Shown here piece by piece: positions 1 through 11,106 of a DNA stretch of 64,000 nt. The stretch is from Eledone cirrhosa (lineage: Eukaryota). The notes beneath the pieces were generated by a model. The model did no database searches. It was given only the letters and a program-made list of their open reading frames with translations, and was not told the origin of the DNA. The stretch covers positions 341,930,001 through 341,994,000 of the forward strand of contig OZ024740.1 of assembly GCA_964016885.1 (NCBI GenBank), in the 5' to 3' direction. Within the stretch, counting starts at the first letter, position 1. Every line of letters starts with the position of its first letter. The translations under genes and the position numbers were made by a program.

Positions 1-884
1 TTTTGCTATAGTTTTTTCACCATCGCTTTCCTTCCTTTTGCACACATTCACACAAACACACACACAGTGTGACAGACAGACAGAGGTCACTCAAATTTAT
101 ATATAGATTTGAATTTCAGAGTTTTCTCACTTGCCTTTCTTATCAAATATTGTAATTATTGCTAATGAGGTTTCTTCTCTAAATCAGGTGAAATTTTTAC
201 CCAACCATACCAACATTCAAGAACAGATGTAAAAACAATGACTCTCTTTCTCTCTATCTCCTTTAAATAAAACAATTTACTTCTGTTTCTGATTTTGTTT
301 GTAATTTTTGTTGTTGGGGTGGGTGGGGGTGGGGGTGGGGACCATGTTCTAAATAAAAATCAAACTATTTCTTGTAGACTCACAGAATATCTTTGCTTTA
401 TTCCTGTAAAATATTTAACTGGTGTAAGAATATTTATCTTGTTAATAAATGTTTTTTTTCTCTAACATTCACCTTGCTAATTACCAACTTGAAGAATTGA
501 TACTTGTTGGAATTTTAATACTCCTTTATAAACTTCAAAATTTGTCTGAATTAAATGAAACTTAAAGAACTTACCAACATGTATCCAAGAAAATCCCATG
601 TTAATGAAAATGGAATACCTATAGACAGAATGACAATCTCCATAGTGTTTAGAGTTAACATGGTAAAGTTCTGATACCGCATACTAAGAGTAAGTATCAC
701 GAAGCTGACCTATAGGGAAATATTAAAAGAATTGGACTTTAAAAATATATTTCAACTTGACATTTAAAAAAACTGGGTTTTATAAATGAAATATATCTGA
801 AGAAAATATGAATAATTTAGTCATCCAACACGGTAAATAAGATCAGTTTAGCACAAATACTGCACATAATTTTATATGTGGAGA

Positions 885-1165
885 TAAGTGTGTGTGTGTA
901 ATGATTTATAGGTATGAGACATGGATGATGAACTTGACACAACAGAATAGGCTGGAAAGAACACAAATGAGAATAGTTCAGTGGATGAGTGGAGTATTGC
1001 TGAAAGAGAGGACAACAAACAATAAATGGCAGAGGATAATGAGAATAGAACCAAAGATGAATAGAGAGTTGTAAAGAGAAATGCAACGAGATAGTTGGGT
1101 CATGTGTTGAAAAAGAATGAAAATGACTGGAGGAAGAAGAAAACCAAGAAAGGCATGGCTAAAGA
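885..1165 (+). pseudogene. Decayed RTE-clade LINE, C-terminal coding fragment
   Basis: Translation ETW..NRLERTQMRIVQWMSGVLLKERTTN, followed by GHVLKK and GRRKPRKAW-like remnants, matches the RTE C-terminal motifs (ETW / LER / RWM / GHV / GRP-W) seen in the intact RTEs in this window. Confidence 0.6.
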
Positions 1166-1169
1166 TGGT

Positions 1170-1650
1170 CTTCTTCGGTCTTAGGTTCTTCTGTGCCTTT
1201 TGGTGCATCGAGCAGTAGGTAGTTACCAACGATCACAATCAGCAGCGGCTTTTTCCCGTCCATGCCAAGTGATGTTGGCTGCCACCAGGCCTTTTTAGAA
1301 CTTTTGTCACCAGGTGATCCTGGGCCAACCCCGCCTCCATTTACCGCCAGATGGAGTCCAGTTCATCACCGTTTTCGAGCGTCGTTCATTGGGCAGGGGC
1401 AGAATATGACCAGCCAAGCAGCACCAGTGCTCTGTGACCACCCTCTGCAGCATCCATGACTTGGCTCTCCACAGGATTTCCTCATTTTGCACTCGGTCGC
1501 ACCAGGACACATAAAGGATCCTTCACAGGCACCGCTGGTGGAATACGTTCAGCGGTCTCTCTATCTTTGCCATGTTCTTCCAGGTTTCGCTCGCATAAAG
1601 CACTGTTGGTAGCATGATGCTCTTGTACAGGTGCAGCTTGATCCTGGCTA
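1170..1650 (-). pseudogene. Decayed RTE-clade LINE 3' fragment (different family)
   Basis: ORF 1307-1510: SWCDRVQNEEILWRA...LAGHILPLPNERRSKTVMNWTPSGGKWRRGWPRITW, a typical RTE C-terminus. Confidence 0.7.
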
Positions 1651-2204
1651 AAGATGATGGTGGAGAAAATGAAAGCCAGGTAATTGGTGAGAGGAGATGC
1701 AGATGGTAGGGGGAAATGGAGAAGCTTGTTATGGGGCCTACAAAATTAATAATTGCTTTAGTAGAGATGGTCTTAATACATTTGTTGTATAAATGTGTGT
1801 AATAATGTGTTTTGTTATTGTATTGACAGGTGACAATGTAGAATGTAAGTTCTGTTATTGTATTGAGAGATATGTGAGTTTTGTTGTAGTAGTGGAAGAT
1901 GGTTATATATAATGTATTGAGTAAATTATGTTGTAGTATTGGGAAGTAGCTGTGTAGAATGTGTTGTGTAAGTTGTGTTTTAGTATTGGATGGAATCTGT
2001 GTAGAATGTATGTTGTATAAAAATGACTACAATTAAAACAGATTTCTAGAAGCAAATAAAAACAACTTACAGTGGTTTGAAGATCAAATTTTAATAATGT
2101 TGAAAACAATATGACCTGTTTGTACATACCTGAAAGAAAGATAATGATACTTGATTTTTACAGAGTTAAGATGTAGGAAAAAATGATTTGGATTATTTGT
2201 TTCA

Positions 2205-2440
2205 GTTTTCTGCACTTTTACCTTTTATCCTTTCTGGACCAATAAATAAAGTACCAGTCCAGGGAAGTCGATTGATGGTATTGATAGTGTGTCAGACAAG
2301 ATATAGTGTGTCAAACAAGATATTTGTATTATTTGCTCTGGCTCTTTGCATTCTGATTTCAAATCCTGCTGAAGACTACTTGGGTGGTAGAATTAACCTT
2401 TTGCCCAATTTAACACTTCCACCTGGCTCTTGGGTGCCTT
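2205..2440 (+). mobile_element. Degenerate SINE fragments
   Basis: 'ccttttatcctttctggaccaataaataaagtaccagt' and 'ttctgatttcaaatcctgctgaa' resemble the body of the SINE at 7469-7663. Confidence 0.4.
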
Positions 2441-2974
2441 TAGTGAAGTCCATTCTATAGCAAGCATTTGAGCCTGGTTAAAGGTAACCTTCTTCCCTTT
2501 CTCCTTATAGGCTTGGAGACCCCGAAAAGGATCATGGGCACTACATTTCTTCCCCTGACTAAACAGTGAAAGAAATGATATTATATAGTCTTTTGAATTT
2601 AGGGGTTAAGCACAGACAGATCTAATTGTAATACGGAAATGTAAGAAAATAATGTAGTATAGTTTATATGAAGCATTGTGAAATGTGTGGTTAAGATTGT
2701 TTGGGGGAAATCTAGAACTAAAGGAGTGAAAACATGAGTAAAATAAGACATTTTTGCTTTATATAACCCCAAAATATCACAAAATATAAGGTAAAAGTAT
2801 AAACTGTTACTTTACTCCTGTTTTCATTCCTTTATTTCTAACGTGTATTGTACTGGATTTCATAAAGCAATCCTAACAAAATAACAGTTTTTGCTAATAG
2901 TAAGATAAATAATCTCTTTTCTTTTCAATAATGGTTTCTGATTTAGGCACACTTATTCTTCTTTGCTCACTTAT

Positions 2975-3245
2975 TCCTGAGAGGGGCAAAATCCTCAAAC
3001 ACTCCTATCAGTGGGTCCTGTCAGAAGCAACTGTCTCCAACTGACACAGCTGGATCCCCAAGCGTAACCAGCCAAGTTCATGAATATTATCCAACGATCT
3101 TGCCCTGGGTCTCTTGCCGGTTGGTTTTGCCTGTAAAATCTGTCCAGCGATTCTTTCCTGAGACATTATAACCATGTGACCATAGTATAGGAGCTGTGAT
3201 CTCTCAATTATAAAAAGTAGCAGCTCTACCTGCAATGAGTCTGAT
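2975..3245 (-). pseudogene. Decayed RTE-clade LINE 3' fragment
   Basis: ORF 3008-3235: LLLFIIERSQLLYYGHMVIMSQERIAGQILQAKPTGKRPRAR, an RTE/Expander-like C-terminus. Confidence 0.65.
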
Positions 3246-3257
3246 CTCCAAGCTTCG

Positions 3258-3375
3258 CACTTACCCCATAAGGATGAAAGTTAAAATTGACCTTGGTGGG
3301 ACTTCACTACAGAATGTGAAGAGCCAGAAGAAATACCATCAGGTGTATTTTTCCAATTCTCTAACAATTCTGTCT
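3258..3375 (-). mobile_element. Degenerate SINE (same family as 7469-7663)
   Basis: 'ccccataaggatgaaagttaaaattgaccttggtggg' is similar to the reverse complement of the 7469 SINE core. Confidence 0.5.
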
Positions 3376-3799
3376 TTTCTTTTCAATAATAAAAATATAA
3401 CTATTGGAATGTATAAGAAGATTCAGTAAATATTTTATCTCATTCAGACAAAGGGTTCCACCTAAACTGTTAAACCTTTCTTCCTCACAGCAAATTAATT
3501 TAATCTACCTCGTGAATTTTGGTACTTACTATTTGTGGATATTTGTGGATTGACTTCTACATTTTCAACTTAGGTAGATTAGTCATGTGAAAAAGCTAAA
3601 ATACACATTTGCAATCTCCAATGGGTGAAAAAGTATTATGATGGGCTAAATATGCAATATGAATTTAAGATAGTTAAAGGAAACTGATGCACATAAGTTG
3701 TATGACATGTCTGGATGATAGTTAAAATTAAAGCCTGGACATTTATTAGGCTGGAACTTATTCTAGTTTCATATGGCAAAATCCCCTCTCTCAGTGAAA

Positions 3800-3982
3800 C
3801 ACTAGTTTGTTGCAAGCTTAACTCCCCAGCTACTGCTGGTACTCATTTTTTAGCTGAGTGAAATGGAGCAACATGAAATAAAGTACTTTACTCAAAGATA
3901 CAACACTACTTGGTCTGAGAATCGAACCCACATATTTATGATTAGTAGCCCCGCATGTGAATCACTAGACCACACAACTTCT
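3800..3982 (-). mobile_element. tRNA-derived SINE (same head and body as 31741)
   Basis: Reverse complement aligns by eye to 31741-31885: B-box-like GGTTCGATTCTCAGACC, then ctttatttca..tgctcca..tcactcagct..aaatgag. Confidence 0.65.
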
Positions 3983-4200
3983 CTGGAAGACAGTAGGTGC
4001 GGTCAAACTAAAATGAAAAATCAACATGTCAATTAATGCAAGATTTGAAATAAAAATGTAAGCTGATATAGCTAAATACTCTAAGACATTTTGTCTGGCA
4101 CTGTATCAATTCTGCCATCCACACCAGCTTAACTCTCAACATCCTGTACCATATGAAGTCACACTAGCAAGACATTCTTGAAAAGTATAAAATAATACTA

Positions 4201-4522
4201 TGACTGCATCATATTAAAAATTGAAGTTTTTTTACTTTAATACTGCAACATTTCACAATGAACTGTCCACTAATAAATATACTATAAACATTTGAACTAA
4301 CAAACTCGTTTTTAGATATTTTCTGCAATATCACTACAAGATGTTAATTTACAACCTTGCATATGCAACATTTAGAAAAGATTGATTGCATCACATTAAA
4401 AATTGAAGTCAACTTTGATACTGTAAATTTTCACAATGATCTATTCACTAGTAAAGACATATGCATTTTAATTAACAAACACATTTTTAGATATTTTCTG
4501 CTAAATTATTACAGGATATTAA
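4201..4522. repeat. Diverged ~180-bp tandem duplication
   Basis: 'tgactgcatcatattaaaaattgaagt...tttagatattttctgc' recurs from 4383 as 'tgattgcatcacattaaaaattgaagt...tttagatattttctgc'. Confidence 0.75.
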
Positions 4523-5000
4523 GAATTAAGTAATAACAATAAAATGGTTTAAGCAATAACAAGAAATATAATTAATGTTTAAGGTAGCAAGGAAAATATA
4601 ATCATACATACTCTGAAGAGCTTCTGAAGCACCAACTATCTTGAATTCAAGCCAGCCAAACCTCCGTACAACAAGGGTAGCCAAGCAGATATTTAATGGA
4701 ACAAGTATTGAGGCTACTATGAGACGGACCTAAAGGATTATAATATATATATAACAAAATTAGAATTTGATTTTTCGCTCTCACATAGCCGATTAGATAA
4801 ATGTATTTATTGATAATAATATTTAATTTGTTTGCAAGCAAACAGCATCATTATGCTATGTTTTGTTTTTGATGACCATCATCATCCGTTCGTTCAACAT
4901 TAGCATCGAAGAACAGCTATGCACAGTGGAATAAATATTTTAATTAAAACTAACTGATCCCAGTAAGCATAACTGATATTTGTTTCAATAGCACACACAC

Positions 5001-5062
<62 letters not shown>

Positions 5063-5276
5063 AATATAAAAACTGGAAAGAGGTAGGTGGAAAAGTTAAA
5101 ACAGCTCAAAATACAGTAATTTATTATAATAAACAGTACAAAAGTTATGTTTCATACTTCTTTGAAAGATTTTTGAAACAAGCATGTGTACAAAATCCTA
5201 TTGTGTTAAAAATAATAATCACGCATCAAGCAAATTATTCATTAAAGTAATTATCAAGTACGGTTTTACATTAAAT

Positions 5277-5324
5277 ATTGATTTACGATCGTTTCGTCCC
5301 TTATTGGGACTTATCAAAATCAAT
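5277..5324 (-). ncRNA. Minimal type I hammerhead ribozyme, U3-A8 core variant
   Basis: Minus strand AUUGAUU-UUGAUAA-GUCCC-AAUAA-GGGAC-GAAAC-GAUC-GUA-AAUCAAU: 7-bp stem I, perfect 5-bp stem II, palindromic stem III (ACGAUCGU), GUA cleavage triplet. Confidence 0.75.
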
Positions 5325-5795
5325 CATTCATAAGCAAATACCTCATCATATTGTCTCACCAAAAGATCAACAATTCACAGTCAGAGTGTTTGTTTACATT
5401 TAAAAAGACGCTATAATGTTATAAACAGAGAGGCTTAAAAAATATATGTTATCCAACTACAGAGGTATAGCATCAAATCACTCTAGAGCGTTACTAGAAA
5501 AAATTATCAAATAAATAACTGAGTAATAGATAAAAAAAAATACAGAACTTCGTATATATATTTTTTCTCATATATGTTTTCTCTCTCATTTTGCATCTAT
5601 GTACTTTTTGTTTTGATTCATGTGATAGAAGAAAATATTAACTAATTATTTGCCTAATTACTACGTTTCATACTGTAATTTACCCTCCGTTCTACTGTAT
5701 GGTACTATCGTTCAATATATGGATAATATATCTGTAATATTGATCCCCCTTTCAAAACTTCTTACTATAATTTAAACATCTCCCTATTTATTAGT

Positions 5796-5865
<70 letters not shown>

Positions 5866-5869
<4 letters not shown>

Positions 5870-7058
5870 CAAACCTGGAAGCAGGGACTAGAGAGAAAGG
5901 GTCTCAAAGTCAACATGACCAAGACTAAGGTCCTTGTAAGTACACGAGAAAACAGAACCCAGATCCCCTCGGGGAAATGGCCTTGCTCAGTATGTAGGAA
6001 AGGTGTAGGTAGGAACTCCATTCTCTGCCCCAAATGCAAACAATGGGTACACAAGAGATGTAGCGGGATCTCAGGAAGCTTAATTAAGAATGTAGGATCC
6101 ACATGCAGCAGCTGTGCTGAAACAGCAAGCAGCAAACAGCCACAGGAAACAAGTACCACCAATCTCTGGGAGGGCCCTGTAGAAACAGTAGACAGCTTCT
6201 GCTACCTAGGTGACCGAATTAGCAACGGAGGTGGGTGTTCAGAAAGTACAATAACTAGGGTAGGAACGGGATGGAAGAAGTTTAGGGAACTACTACCACT
6301 GCTAGCTGCAAAAGGCTTCTCCCTCAGAATGAAAGGCAGACTGTATGATGCGTGTATCCGAACAGCGATGTTGCATGGTAGTGAGACCTGGGCGCTGAAG
6401 GTGGAAGACTTACGTAGATTAGAGAGAAACGAAGCCTGCATGCTCCGATGGATGTGTAACAGTAATATACGTGAACGACAAAGCATAAATGAATTGAGAG
6501 AGAGACTGAGCATAAGAGGAATCAAATGCTGTGTGCAGGAGAGGCGGTTGCGCTGGTATGGACATGTGATGCGTATGAAGGATGACAGCTGCATAAAAAG
6601 GTGCAGAGCACTAGAAGTTGATGGACACCGCGGAGTGGGGAGACCCAAGATGACCTGGGATGAGGTGATAAAAGCCGACCTTACCCAATTACACCTCTCA
6701 AAGACAATGACACACGACCGTGACTTCTGGCGTCACACGGTAATACAGAGTACCCGACCTCCCATGGGTACATGCTGAAGCATATAAACAATATGCCCCC
6801 ACACCCCCCACCGCAAGGTGGTCGTGGAGGTGCCACGGCAAAAAAGCACCCAGCCCACACTGTAAAGTGGACGTGTAGGCGCCACGAAAAAGCACCCAGC
6901 ACTCACTGTAAATGAGGTTGGTGTTAGGAAGGGCATCCAGCTGTAGAAATCAAGCCAGATCAGTTCCTGTATGAGCAAGGCATGGTCAGCACACAACAGG
7001 ACAACCCTTCTAACCCATGCTAGCGTGGAAGAACGGACGTAAAGCGGTGATGATGATA
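5866..7058 (+). mobile_element. 5'-truncated RTE-clade LINE, family B
   Basis: Coding remnant, 3' UTR and (GAT)n tail; flanked by (TA)n on both sides. Confidence 0.92.
5915..6778 (+). CDS. RTE ORF C-terminal part (end of RT, PHD-like finger, C-terminal domain); not independently expressed
   Basis: KTKVL, C4HC3 cysteine cluster, [30 protein letters not shown]. Confidence 0.85.
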   Translation: MTKTKVLVSTRENRTQIPSGKWPCSVCRKGVGRNSILCPKCKQWVHKRCSGISGSLIKNVGSTCSSCAETASSKQPQETSTTNLWEGPVETVDSFCYLGDRISNGGGCSESTITRVGTGWKKFRELLPLLAAKGFSLRMKGRLYDACIRTAMLHGSETWALKVEDLRRLERNEACMLRWMCNSNIRERQSINELRERLSIRGIKCCVQERRLRWYGHVMRMKDDSCIKRCRALEVDGHRGVGRPKMTWDEVIKADLTQLHLSKTMTHDRDFWRHTVIQSTRPPMGTC

Positions 7059-7468
7059 TATATATATATATATATTTTATTTACTTCAATCAAGATTTTA
7101 AATTGTAATGTTTTAATTTCTAATTTTCAATCATAATTTCCACTGTGAAACCTTAATATCTAGAATTAAGTTTATATTCTCTTAGCGGGTGATGGTCAAT
7201 TCTATTGTCCAAGCATAATTTAGGGGTAGTATCAAGGCCTATTGAAACTCATGCTCTGCCTCCACCACCAGGTTTCAGTCAACTGCCACTGGCAGGGCGA
7301 CTAATAGTAAACTATAACCATGTCATATTACAGACCTGAATGGGGGTGATTGTTTCGTTGGGGTGTGAGAGGACCTGCCTAGGCGAGTTTCGTAGAGTTT
7401 TGGGGTAGTGGATGGTCAACTTCCTTTGGACTTGTGCCTGTGTATATGTATCACAGCATTATCATTAA

Positions 7469-7663
7469 AGGCGGTGGATTGGCAGTATCGGTAGAGGGTC
7501 GGGCGCCATGCTTTCCAGCATAGTTACGTCCCTTTACCATCTGAGTTCAAATCCCGCCGAGGTTGACTTTGCCTTTCATCCTTACGGGGTCGATAAAATA
7601 AAGTACCAGTAATGCACTGGGTAATTGCTGGCCTTGTACCTAAAGTAGAAACAATTATCATTA
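7469..7663 (+). mobile_element. tRNA-derived SINE with a conserved central domain (Nin/Deu-like, from memory)
   Basis: A-box-like TGGCAGTATCGG, B-box GAGTTCAAATCC, body 'gactttgcctttcatccttacggggtcgataaaataaagtaccag', short ATT-type tail; several diverged copies in the window. Confidence 0.8.
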
Positions 7664-7697
7664 AAGGACTTTAACATCTGAAACTACTTCGCATTTT

Positions 7698-7730
<33 letters not shown>

Positions 7731-7734
<4 letters not shown>

Positions 7735-8184
7735 GGGCAGCAACTGCAGAGGATATGCGAGAGACATGGGCAGCAACTGCAGAGGATATGCGACGGCTGG
7801 AGAGAAATGAGGCAAGCATGCTCCGTTGGATGTGCAGTGTAAATGTGTGTGAACGACCCAGCATAAATGTGTTGAGAGAGAAACTGTGTCTGAGAGGGAT
7901 AGAATGTAGTGTACGGGAGAGGAGACTGAGGTGGTATGGACATGTGATGCGCATGGAGGATGACCGATGGGTGAAGAAGTGCCAGGAATTGCCAGTTGAA
8001 GGAAGACATGGTAGAGGTAGACCACGAAAACCATGGGCGGAGGTGGTGAGAACAGACCTCAGATCAATGAAGTTCACGGTGGAGATGACGAGGGACCGTG
8101 ACGAGTGGAGAGATGCTGTGCTGAATAAGACCCGTCCCACCCTTGCGAGCAGGGAAAAGCGGATGTAAAATGATGATGATGATG

Positions 8185-8185
<1 letters not shown>
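7731..8185 (+). mobile_element. 5'-truncated RTE-clade LINE, family C
   Basis: ORF 7755-8168 is nearly identical to the C-terminus of 11122-12024; (GAT)n tail; flanked by (TA)n. Confidence 0.92.
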
Positions 8186-8215
<30 letters not shown>

Positions 8216-8222
8216 CATATAT

Positions 8223-8267
<45 letters not shown>

Positions 8268-8270
8268 TAC

Positions 8271-8301
<31 letters not shown>

Positions 8302-8330
8302 CATATATACATATATATACATATATATAC

Positions 8331-8409
<79 letters not shown>

Positions 8410-8490
8410 CATATATATATATACATATATATATATACATATATATATATACATATATATATATATACATATATATATATACATATATAC

Positions 8491-8521
<31 letters not shown>

Positions 8522-8648
8522 CATACATATATACATATATACATATATATATATATACATATACATATATATATATACATATATATATATACATATATAC
8601 ATATACATATATACATATATATATATACATATATATATATACATATAC

Positions 8649-8685
<37 letters not shown>

Positions 8686-8716
8686 CATATATATACATAT
8701 ATATACATATATATAC

Positions 8717-8771
<55 letters not shown>

Positions 8772-8850
8772 TATACATATATATATATACATATATATAT
8801 ACACATATATATATACACATATATATATACATATATATATACATATATAT
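8186..8850. repeat. (TA)n microsatellite with CA interruptions
   Basis: Direct inspection. Confidence 0.97.
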
Positions 8851-9146
8851 GTAGGAGGTGAGTTTTATTGTAGTACAATAAAGCAATGCAGATATCGGAT
8901 AAGAAGCACTCTACAGTTTGTAGGTCTGGAGTATACATAATATAAGATCAAAAGATGGTTAAAGGAGTTCCATGTATTTTATTATGCGCATTTCAAAAAC
9001 AAACATCATCATGCAATAATATTTGTGTTTTCATCAGATAAAACAGGAGAACATGATATGAAGGCTAAAAAACACTTGTGGATAGTGCAGTTTTAAATCA
9101 ACATATGAAAAGTGGTTTTAGATTGATGTGTGATATTGGGAAAAAT

Positions 9147-9560
9147 ATTTTATTTAGAGAGGGGGGGGGGGGGGTGGAAAGGATGAAAAAGAGGAGGAGA
9201 TGAGAGGGAGAGATGGGTGATAGAGAGAAAGAGATAGTTTTTATAACTGAGAGGAGATATATTGTTTTACATAGAGAGGTTGAAAACCGTTGGAAGATAA
9301 TGTATAAATTAAAAAAAATTTGAAAATTAACGAAAGGAGGATATGTGCGAGGAAAAAGTATTTTATTTAGGGAGGGGGGGTGGAAAGGATGAAAAAAAGG
9401 GGGAGGAGATGAGAGTGAAGGTGGAGAGGGAGAGATGGGTGATAGAGAGAAAGAGATAGTTTTTATAACTGAGAGAAAGATATATTGTTTTACATAGAGA
9501 GGTTGAGAAACCGTTGGAAGATAATGTATAAATTAAAGGAATTTGAAAATTAACGAAGGG
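9147..9560. repeat. ~210-bp tandem duplication, purine-rich
   Basis: 'tattttatttag..Gn.tggaaaggatgaaaaa...ccgttggaagataatgtataaattaaa...tttgaaaattaacgaa' occurs twice. Confidence 0.8.
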
Positions 9561-10045
9561 AATTTATGTATGAAGATAGAGAGAAGAAATAATAATTGTG
9601 GATGAATATTCTAACGTCAAAAAAGGGTATGTTGTGGCAATTTCAAAATTAACGAAGAGAAAAATTATTAAGGTTTGTGTGTAGAAGGATTTGAGAAAAA
9701 TAATGTGAAGTTAAAGTTTGTATATTGGAGGAATTGATAATATATGCGAATAGAGTTAATATGTATTAAGAATGAGTTCGTTGATGGGGAGAAAAAATAA
9801 TAAATTAAGGATGAAATTGAGATTAAAAAGATTTATGATAGAGAGAAAAAAATTTATGATAGAGAAAAAAATAATGATTGCGGATGAATATTCTAACGTC
9901 AAAAAACAGATGTATATGTTATGAATGATTTTACAAGGTGAAGATAGAATGAGGGTAATGAGTAAACAAGTATTATAGAGTGTATAAAGCCCTTTAAAGT
10001 ATGGTAGGAAGATGGGTATATTTTAAAGAGGTGTATGTATATGTG

Positions 10046-11053
10046 CCTGGCAGGTTTTCTACAGCTGGATGCCCTTCCTAACACCAACCACATTTACAGT
10101 GTGGGACTGGGACGTTTTTACCGTGTTGCCTACACGGTCACATTACAGCGTGGACTGTGTGTTTTTTTTTCGTGACACCTACACGATCTCATTTGTTTCG
10201 GCCTGGATTTTGTGGCACCAACATAACTTTACATTGAAAGGGGCGGTGTGGATGGGGTGGGGTGGTGGGACGGGGGTGTATTTTGTTAGAGATGCCAACT
10301 GACTGTAGTAGGTTTTACTTTATATTTAGGTAACGCGGGTCTTCTCTGTTACTGAGTACCACCAAAGGTCTCGGTCCAGTGACATTGTCTTGGAGAGGTG
10401 TAAGTGTGTGAGGTCGGAATTTATCAGCTCGTCCCAGGTTTTTCTGGGTCTGCCTACTCCGTGGCTACCATCTATCTTTATTGCCCTGCACTTTGTTATA
10501 CAGCTGTCGTCTTTCATGCGCATCACGTGACCATACCAACGTAGCCTTCTCTCGAGTAAACAACATCTGATCCCTCTTATTTCTAATTTTTTCCTTAGTT
10601 CGTTTATGCTTTGCCGTTCGCGTATATTACTATTACACATCCAGCGGAGCATGCAAGCTTCGTTCCTCTCTAGTCTGCGTATATCCTCTGCACACAATGC
10701 CCAGGTCTCACTGCCATGCAACATTGCTGTTCGTATGCAGGCATCATACAACCTGCCTTTCACTTTTAGGGAGAACCCTTTAGCGGCTAATAGTGGTATA
10801 AGCTCTCTGAACTTTTTCCATCCAGTTCTGACTCTAGCTACTGTACTTTCGGAGCACCCTCCCCCACTGCTGATTTTGTCACCCAGGTAACGGAAGCTGT
10901 CCACTATTTCTATAGAACCCTCTGCGCAGTTGAAAGAGCTAGTATTTTGTGGGCACTTGCTGCTACTTATTGCACCAGAGCACCGGCCACATGTAAAATC
11001 TGTGTTCTTAGTTAGCTTACCTGTGATCCCACTACATCTTTTATGCACCCATA
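10046..11053 (-). mobile_element. RTE-clade LINE family A, 5'-truncated and missing the last ~100 bp and tail
   Basis: ORF remnant WVHKRC...TEKTRVT is near-identical to the C-terminus of 16561-19404; 3' UTR stops at about 10046. Confidence 0.92.
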
Positions 11054-11054
11054 C

Positions 11055-11099
<45 letters not shown>

Positions 11100-11106
11100 G
11101 ATATAC

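Noticed and set aside
40-110. (GACA)n..tttatatatagat resembling a Helitron/Helentron-type end
   Set aside because: Cut by the window edge; too little sequence to support
1903-2145. Possible host exon (minus-strand ctttctttcag|G) and short ORF
   Set aside because: No coding signal or partner exons; low-complexity AT-rich sequence
5655-5720. GAAACGUAG next to a hairpin on the minus strand as another hammerhead
   Set aside because: No recognisable CUGANGA or stem I
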